64,000 nt of DNA from the NCBI RefSeq assembly GCF_001194135.2, contig NC_068981.1, positions 77,598,054-77,662,053 of the forward strand, in the 5' to 3' direction. Under the pieces are notes generated by a model. The model worked only from the letters and a program-made list of their open reading frames with translations. It did not search any database and was not told where the DNA came from. The position numbers and the translations under genes are program-made. Below are positions 62,205 through 64,000 of this stretch, piece by piece; position 1 is the first letter of the stretch; each line of letters opens with the position of its first letter. Source of the DNA: Octopus bimaculoides. Lineage: Eukaryota.

Positions 62205-64000
62205 TTTTCTTTATTTCTCACAGGGGGGACAAACATAGAAGGGCGGTACAAATTAGGGAGGAGTCGATGGTGCGTATGGTTTTTACACAGATATGAAAAG
62301 TAAAACATTTATACAATCGAATGATAAGCAAAACAAATACACAAACAATGAAATGGGGGAGGGTTTCACCTCGACCCCACAAGCACCGTTCTACCACTGT
62401 AACCTTTCGTATAACCTTATGGATACACAATCTGGGTTCATTCATTCGCAACAAACACGCCACAGCCTTCCATCTTTTTCCATATACATCAGGTGACAGA
62501 TATTTTCTCTCTACCCTTATTCTCCTCTTAAGATGGTAGATGAGGTAATGGACCAGTCCAAGACTGGAGATGAATGTATCTGTCACGATTCCTTTCACGC
62601 GGGTCTTCCATACCGCCTCTTTTGCAATAGCGAACACGGCGAGAAAACAAGATTTACCTTTGTTAAAAGAGGAAGGAGGAACAATCTTTACATGCGACTC
62701 AGAAGGCTCTGTACTCTTCCTAGCCGTGACAGCAGATGTTCAACCTAAACCCACATCTCAGAGATTTCAGGGCATTGCACAATTGCGTGCAGAACAGTTT
62801 AATGTCCTGCTCGCATCTTGGGCACGTGGATGCGCAAAGGGCACCATGCCTTGCGAGTTTATCGCGAACTGCTAAGGCTCCTCGGTAACACTGCCAAATC
62901 AGGGATCTTTGGAAATTATCCAAGGGTCCTGGCACGAACGTCCTTCAGAAGAGGTCGGCTAGGTGACCATCATCGAAGCCTAGAGTCCTCCCCAAGACGT
63001 CGTCACACTGAGCTTCTAACAACCCTCTATAGAAAGACGAGGTGAAACCCCCGCCGCTGCCGTTCCCCGTGTGACAGAGAAGCTTGAGTGCCTCACGACA
63101 CTCCGCTTGCGAAGCACCAAACTTTGGTCTACACTTGATCCGAGGTTCTAGTTCATTCAAACTAGTAACGACTAAACGAACGAAGACCACATGTGTACAC
63201 CATCCATGTAGAGCAACAGATGCCCCAGCCTCAGCGTATGTCTGCACATCAACAGCCAAAGCATCCCTAGCCCACCTCTTAGCGGGTGCTGGCAGCAGAC
63301 AGAGCGCTTTACGCAAAAGGTGGAAGAGCAGCCCCTCAAAATTGATCAGCCACGAACGGGGACAAGGCACGACGGTTAGTTGGTAGGTAATCACAGAAGT
63401 GATAAACACTCCTGCGACCTTCGCCCTTCCTTTCAGCGATAGCCGCCGCTCAGACCAAGTCTGAGTTAGGTGGGTCAACCTGCTCGGCACCTCGCTCCAA
63501 TTCTTCTCTATCTGGAGATCTGGACCAAACCAAACCCTTTGCATTTTAAACGGCCCCTCCGTCCAACGTTCTACGGCGTTGTTGGATGGTATCGTCTTGC
63601 CTTTCCACGTGTCGAGTTGCCAGCCGACTGACTTATCCCGGTTAACTTTTGCTTCTGTCACCGCCTCGAAGTCCTCAACGGCTTTTCCAACCCTCTGTAG
63701 GTGTACCACCTCGGACAGGATGATGTTGATGTCATCCACTTACGCCGAAACCTTCCTACTGCAACTTAGATCGCGTGGGACAGCTTTCAAACCCGCCAAC
63801 ATGCGAAGTAAGGACTCTAGAGCCAACACATACAGAAGGGAGGAGAGAAGGCACCCTTGGTGAACAGAACGCTTGATGTTAAGCGGATTCGAGAAGAAAC
63901 GTTTACCCGAACGATCGAGTCGATGTTGCTGTATAAAACAACGATCCACCCGCGGAAGACGGGGGCTGAGCCCGTATGCTCCGATGACCGACACCAGATA
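62205..64000 (-). mobile_element. Tx1-like LINE, 3' 1.8 kb of ORF2 plus 3' UTR (continues past the window end)
   Basis: SVHQGCLLSSLLYVLALE, VSA*VDD (YxDD Tyr changed to stop), WFGPDL, LSLKGRAKV, TCPRC, YHLKRRIRVER. AATAAA at 62210-62215. Confidence 0.92.

Overview
AT-rich (roughly 35% GC by eye), gap-riddled animal genomic DNA with no host protein-coding exon that I can support. It looks intronic or intergenic. The SINE families and heavy compound-microsatellite load suggest an octopus/coleoid cephalopod draft assembly (inference, not verified). The window is a graveyard of decayed mobile elements: at least five Tx1-like (L1 clade) LINE copies or fragments, two R4/Dong-like LINE relics, three RTE fragments, two clear Penelope-like elements (one Neptune-like, one Naiad-like), four Tc1/mariner relics, a possible hAT relic, about 20 tRNA-derived SINE copies from four families, two tRNA pseudogenes, two long foldback palindromes and many microsatellites. 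Every recognisable ORF is broken. Best leads: (1) a SINE variant whose 3' tail matches the 3' end of the Tx1 LINEs in the same window, a possible SINE/Tx1 partnership with tail swapping; (2) a structurally complete but mutated hammerhead ribozyme at the 3' end of a Penelope element; (3) two RTE insertions with twin-priming-like inversions; (4) LINEs that keep both ends but have lost the RT core; (5) a Tx1 copy flanked on both sides by (ATT)n. I do not see convincing evidence of an intact, wholly new system. All family assignments come from motif recognition by eye, and most boundaries are approximate.
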